Positions 59,601 to 64,000 of a DNA stretch of 64,000 nt are shown here, in pieces; position 1 is the stretch's first letter, and each line of letters starts with the position of its first letter. Origin of the DNA: Flaccisagitta enflata (taxonomy: Eukaryota). A program made the position numbers and the translations under genes. The stretch covers positions 15,066,001 through 15,130,000 of the forward strand of contig OZ231126.1 in assembly GCA_965153355.1 (NCBI GenBank), read 5' to 3'. Below the pieces are notes generated by a model. That model had not been told where the DNA came from, searched no databases, and was given only the letters and a program-made list of their open reading frames with translations.

Positions 59601-59702
59601 CCTGTAATTCCATCTTTTACGAGCAAAAAATGTACAAAAAGATCTCGCCATCATGAAATACCAAAACGAAGATTCTTACCTAAGATGGTTTCAAAACCAT
59701 GA
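56654..59702 (+). CDS. RecQ-family SF2 helicase, ~678 aa, 3 exons (56654-57929, 58815-58901, 59029-59702)
   Basis: FKPLQ, PTGFGKS, SPLRSLLSDQ, TPEK, FDEAHCVSQWGRGFRPNY, LTATA, SFNRSN, GIVYC, ATIAFGLG|VNKCDVRFIIH, YWQACGRA|GRDG, RQC zinc CRR...C...CDNC. No HRDC domain seen. Start codon provisional. Confidence 0.93.
58013..58788. mobile_element. Tc1/mariner-type palindromic MITE in RecQ intron 1
   Basis: Perfect >40-bp TIR CAGGGTGTCCCAAGTCAGTTGCAACATAAAGAATCGACATATCT, TA TSD, further internal inverted segments. Confidence 0.92.
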
Positions 59703-59781
59703 TGTTTTTATGTATCGAGTTTTTTTCGTTATCATTCATGAAATTTTTGATTTATGGTTCTTCTTGACATATTTCAGGGCC

Positions 59782-61268
59782 ATGTTTTCTCGACTTCCCA
59801 ATCGTCATAGTGTTGCACTTAGTGTCACCCCAATCAGTGCTTTGAAAGTAGGGACATTTGTCAATATAGGCGGAGTTGTGTGCCAACCTTTTCAACAACC
59901 GCGTCTCACAAGAGTGAATACTCATTATCTCTCAGTTTTGCTGCAAGGTAAGATGGAGATTATTAGTATATGAAAACAAAATTGGATTTTTCATACATAA
60001 AACACAACCCGCTCAAAGCCTTGTGCCTAACCTCTAATGAACAATTGACCTAAATCACTAAAACAGAAGACAGTAAAGTGAAAATGCAGAGTACTGGTAC
60101 AATAACCTTAAACTAAGTCCTCTTGAGGATATGAATTAGAACAAAACATCTTCATTTGTTCACACCTTTTGTTAGATACTTCCTGCGGAAATTTCCAAAG
60201 CCCAAATGTCAACTTGCAAGTGAACATCTTTGCGTCTCATGAACACGAGTTGCCACCAGTTGAGGATGTCGGAGATTATGTTTACTTTCATAATGTTCAA
60301 ATATCGGAGTGGCAAGGTTTGTTGTTACTGGAGGTGGAGGTGTTGTGTAAAATTTGATAATCTGTGGTTTTCTGTTCATAGTAATCCTTTGTCTTCCTGC
60401 TATATCGACCTAAAATCAACCTTTTTTTTTTTTTTGCTAAGGTCCTTCAAAGACAGTTTTGCAAGCCACAGCTAAAGTTTCCTTCCAAACAACTTGGTAC
60501 ATGGAAAGAAAATCGGATCTCTTGACGTCTACAAATGAAGTGAAGCTAAAGAATAATGTCAACTTTGGCGAGGTTTTAGAGCGCTGCAAGGTCCATCGCC
60601 AGTGGGCGCACTGTAAATCTGTTCCAACAGTTCAATCCATTAATGCTTCAACTGGTCAAACAGGTAAATTTGTTGCATAACAAAGGTTGCTCTCAATCCC
60701 ATGACATTCTTTATCATTGTGTAAACAGAATCTATCTCCAGTCCACAGGGGAGAATACATTCTGAAGAGGGGCATGTGGATTCCACCCAACGAAATATCT
60801 GAGGATCGCTTCCACCACATTTACTACCGTTGCAAAAGCTGCAAGCCTCTCAAGAAGGCCTGCCAATATTTTGGACATTCATCTGACACTTTGTGTGAAG
60901 AGCCAAAAATGAAAACTGTAAATGATTTCCCTGTCTGTGAGGAAAGAAATTGTCCCAATCAGGACTATATGGTTGCAACCCACAACTTGTGCCAGACCTT
61001 TTATGATGAGGAATGGAATTGGTTTAATGTGTTTTTCACTGACGTGGAACATGCCAATCGCTTTTTTGGTCATTTTCCAGCAAACCATTGCTTAGAATGT
61101 GATAAGACCTGGTGTGAGTTTGTTGCTATTGTCCAACATCACAAGTCACTTAAAGATTTTGGGCTTCTGAAAATGGTTGAGTTGACGTTGAAAGTTGAAC
61201 TATTGAAAAATGGTGTTGAACGATTAGTCTACGTTTCAGGATCTCTTCCAAACAGCCTTGAATTTTAG
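59782..61268 (+). CDS. POT1-like OB-fold ssDNA-binding protein, ~351 aa, 4 exons (59782-59947, 60176-60316, 60442-60663, 60742-61268)
   Basis: Spliced length 1056 nt, in frame. N-terminal TPISALKVGTFVNIGGVV...P..TR.....SVLLQD.S......VNIFA.....LP.V...GDYVYFHNVQI matches the POT1 OB1 pattern. C-terminal CKSC...C...C and FYD...FFTD...ANRFFGHFPA resemble the zinc-containing POT1/RPA70 C-terminal OB fold. Confidence 0.78.
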
Positions 61269-61639
61269 TTTTGTTGTTTTTATCTGGCTCTTGCTAAATC
61301 TGGTTTTCTTATTGTGGTAACGCTGAAAAAAATTTTTATTGATTTGGACTACACAGCTGCTTTGAAATGATATTGGTGATTGTGATTAGCCTTTTCAGAA
61401 TGTCCCTTCTAGCTGCATTTAAGGAATTTTGGTGTTTAGGGGACCTAACCTCTTGCTAGTCTTTAGCTGATCACGCTTGTCCAAATATCAATTATATAAT
61501 TTCGCTTTAGTTGTCCTCACGAGCCATTATGGAGGTCCTGTCGTTGGGGATATACTTCTGGCTAGTCTAATTCTGAATATGCTGGCAGTTTATAGTTCAA
61601 CTTATTTTATACGCTGGTTTTAACTACATGGGACTTATC

Positions 61640-61965
61640 ACTCTGAAAGTCACTCAGAGAAAGGCACCAAAAGAAAGTCACCAGGAGAAAGTCACTCGAA
61701 GAAAGTCACCCCTGATTTTCTCAGGGTTTCCTTTTTTCCTTTTTTCCTGGTGACTTTTTCCCATTGATTTTCTTTGTGTTATTTCCCAGTTGATTTTTTC
61801 CTAGTGACTTTCTCCTGGTGACTTTTTCTTAGTGATTTTTTCCTGGTGACTTTTGCCTGGTGACTTTTGCCCGGTGACTTTTGCCTGGTGACATTTCCTG
61901 TTGACTTTTTCCTCGGACTTTCTCCCAACGACTCTCTGGGTGACTTTTTCAGGCTGTCTTTTTCA
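61640..61965. repeat. Inverted arrangement of AAAGTCACC and GGTGACTTT arrays around a hairpin
   Basis: CCCTGA-TTTTC-TCAGGG near 61710-61726 separates forward and reverse motif copies. Confidence 0.8.
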
Positions 61966-63269
61966 GGTCAACTGAAGTAACTTGATGAGACATGAGCAGA
62001 TACATTGGAGGAGTCAGTGACTTTGGTTGATTTGAAGAAACACAACAGGCCAGTCTATTAAAATAAAAACCTATAATAGTAGTATTTTGCACACAATATT
62101 TAGCTCGTATCTTGCTTATAGTTTCTGTGGGTTGATATCCATTGGTTGTTTTCTGTTTTTTTCTGGTTGACTTTTTCTGGTTGTATTTTGCTGGTTGTGT
62201 TTCTCTTGTTGTATTTCACTGGTTAGCAATGCTGCTCTGCTGGGGCTGCTGCTACTAGATGATATTTTGAGAATTTTTCTGAATATAATTGCTGTGCTTT
62301 ATGATTTTTGCTGCTGAAAAAGTCACCCTGACAAAGTCACCCTGATAAAAATCACCCTGAAAAAAATCCCCCTGAGAAAGTGAATTAGTGGTTGACTATT
62401 ATCCGAATTTCTGGCAGGCTTTCTGGTGAACAATTTGTTGATATTCTGGTTGACACTTCGGTTGACCTTCTAGTAAATCTTTCTTGCCTTATCACCAGTT
62501 AATATGAAAATGCACAGTCAACCAAATTGTCATCCACTGATGCATGGCGATGTTTGAGGTGGGCATAGATTTTTGTTTTCTGCCTCAAGTATCTAAATGT
62601 GACGGTTATTATCATGCTTTGGTCAACTAAATTTCTTTTATATTTGAGAGGTTAGAATTTTTATTATTATCTTGAAAAAGACTAAATCGGAGGCTCACTT
62701 TGATCCAGCTCCGTGTATTCTGCCATTCTCATGGAGAACCGCCTGACCACACTGGTGTTGAGGTACTTATATTTGAAATATTGTTGAATCTTGCCATAAT
62801 GAATGTCAAGTGACTAAGTAATTCTGAATGTTATAGTTAGATTCTGTCACTCTGATCCATTACAACATAGTGAAACTGCATTATCAACTGGGGCTGAATG
62901 CTTAGGTCTGAAATGCATGTTTACTATCAGCTGGTGACACACATTCTCGGTAAAGTTGACTTTTCTGGTATAAATTCTCTAGTTGACTCTCTGTGGTTCT
63001 CTCTGGTTGACTTTGGTTGTATTTTTTTGGTTGTATTTTTTTTGGTTGTATTTTTCTGGTTGTATTTTTCTGGTGTTAGTGCTGCTCTGCTGGGGCTGCT
63101 GCTGCAAAATCATTTGTTGGTTCATTTTCTTAATGAAATTGCTGCGCTGTATGACTGCTGCTGCGTAAATCCCCCTTTAAACCCCTGCCTTATAGCCCCA
63201 ACCATCCTTAAATACCTACCTTAATATTATAATAAAGCAGCAGCAGCAGCATATCAAAATTTGTTCCTA

Positions 63270-63830
63270 AGGAAAATACAACCAGCAGCAGCCCAGCAGC
63301 CTTCAAAGGGACTCTAAAGAAGAGTACAACCAGAGCTATTAAAGATAATACAACCAGTGTTTCTAAGAGAAAAACAACCAGAGATTCATTCCATAATACA
63401 ACCAGTGCTTCTAAGATAAAAACAACCATAATATCTGAGAGATATAACCAGAGTTTCTTTGAGAGATACATTCAGAGAGTTGACCAGAGATATATTCAGA
63501 GAGTCGACAAGAGATACAACCAGTTGGTAGGAAATGCAACCAGAGATTCTATGAGAAATACAACCAGATAGTCTACAAGAAATACAACCAGAGTCAATGG
63601 AAAATACAACCAGGGTTAATGAGAAATACAACCAGAGAGTCTATGAGAAAAACAACCAGAGAGTCTATGAGAAATACAACCAGAAAGTCTATGAGAAATA
63701 CAACCAGCGACTCTATGAGAAATACAACCTGAGAGTCTTTGAAAAATACAACCAGATAGTCTATGAGAAATACAACCAGAGAGTCTATGAGAAATACAAC
63801 CAGAGAGTCTATGAGAACTACAACTAGAGA
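63270..63830. repeat. 24-bp array GAGAAATACAACCAGAGAGTCTAT
   Basis: Directly visible. Confidence 0.93.
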
Positions 63831-64000
63831 GTAGACGTCGGGAAATTATCAAAAAGTGGTGAACACCCCTCAACCACCGGCTTAAAAGACGACCAGATGT
63901 GTTGTTATGATATAACAATCATAAAAAGTCCTTAACTTTTAATATCCTGTCAACGGAAAAAATAATGCATCAAGGACTACAAGCCAGAATAGATTGACCA

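Larger units (their letters stand above)
40380..64000 (+). mobile_element. Putative large tyrosine-recombinase element (ZnF, OTU-YR, RecQ, POT1-like); boundaries approximate, right end may lie beyond the window
   Basis: Four co-oriented intact genes including a YR, element-specific repeat arrays throughout, near absence of the host microsatellites and HINEs. Confidence 0.7.

Noticed and set aside
47748-61268. Helitron/Helentron, AcademH or Polinton identity for the cluster
   Set aside because: No HUH Rep or PIF1 helicase, no recognisable DDE transposase, no protein-primed polymerase or capsid in the window; genes beyond 64 kb cannot be excluded
62500-62765. Possible small plus-strand exons
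   Set aside because: Donor-like sites exist but no coherent reading frame could be assembled

Overview
Eukaryotic (intron-rich, probably invertebrate animal) DNA in two very different halves. 1-~40.3 kb looks like host DNA, dense in GA/GAA microsatellites, Helentron/DINE-1-like short repeats and nested MITEs. It carries three minus-strand genes: a 6-exon INPP1 (inositol polyphosphate 1-phosphatase), a 5'-incomplete gene with two Brinker-like HTH domains, and a 7.56-kb exon encoding four beta-spectrin-type PH domains. It also holds a 5.2-kb TTAA-flanked foldback element inserted into a tRNA-like sequence inside a TA-flanked MITE. From ~40.3 kb to the end the host repeats almost vanish and four intact, co-oriented, spliced plus-strand genes appear: a C2H2 zinc-finger protein (~440 aa), a ~2100-aa protein combining an OTU protease with a tyrosine recombinase, a RecQ helicase (~678 aa) and a compact POT1-like OB-fold protein (~351 aa). 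These genes are interleaved with arrays of two recurring motifs (AAAAGTCA[C/T]CC and ATACAACCAG). I infer a large (>=23 kb) tyrosine-recombinase mobile element carrying its own telomere-type helicase/ssDNA-binding module, a combination I do not recognise from named transposon families. Its exact ends cannot be fixed from this window. All gene models were spliced by hand and domain calls come from motif recognition, not database searches.
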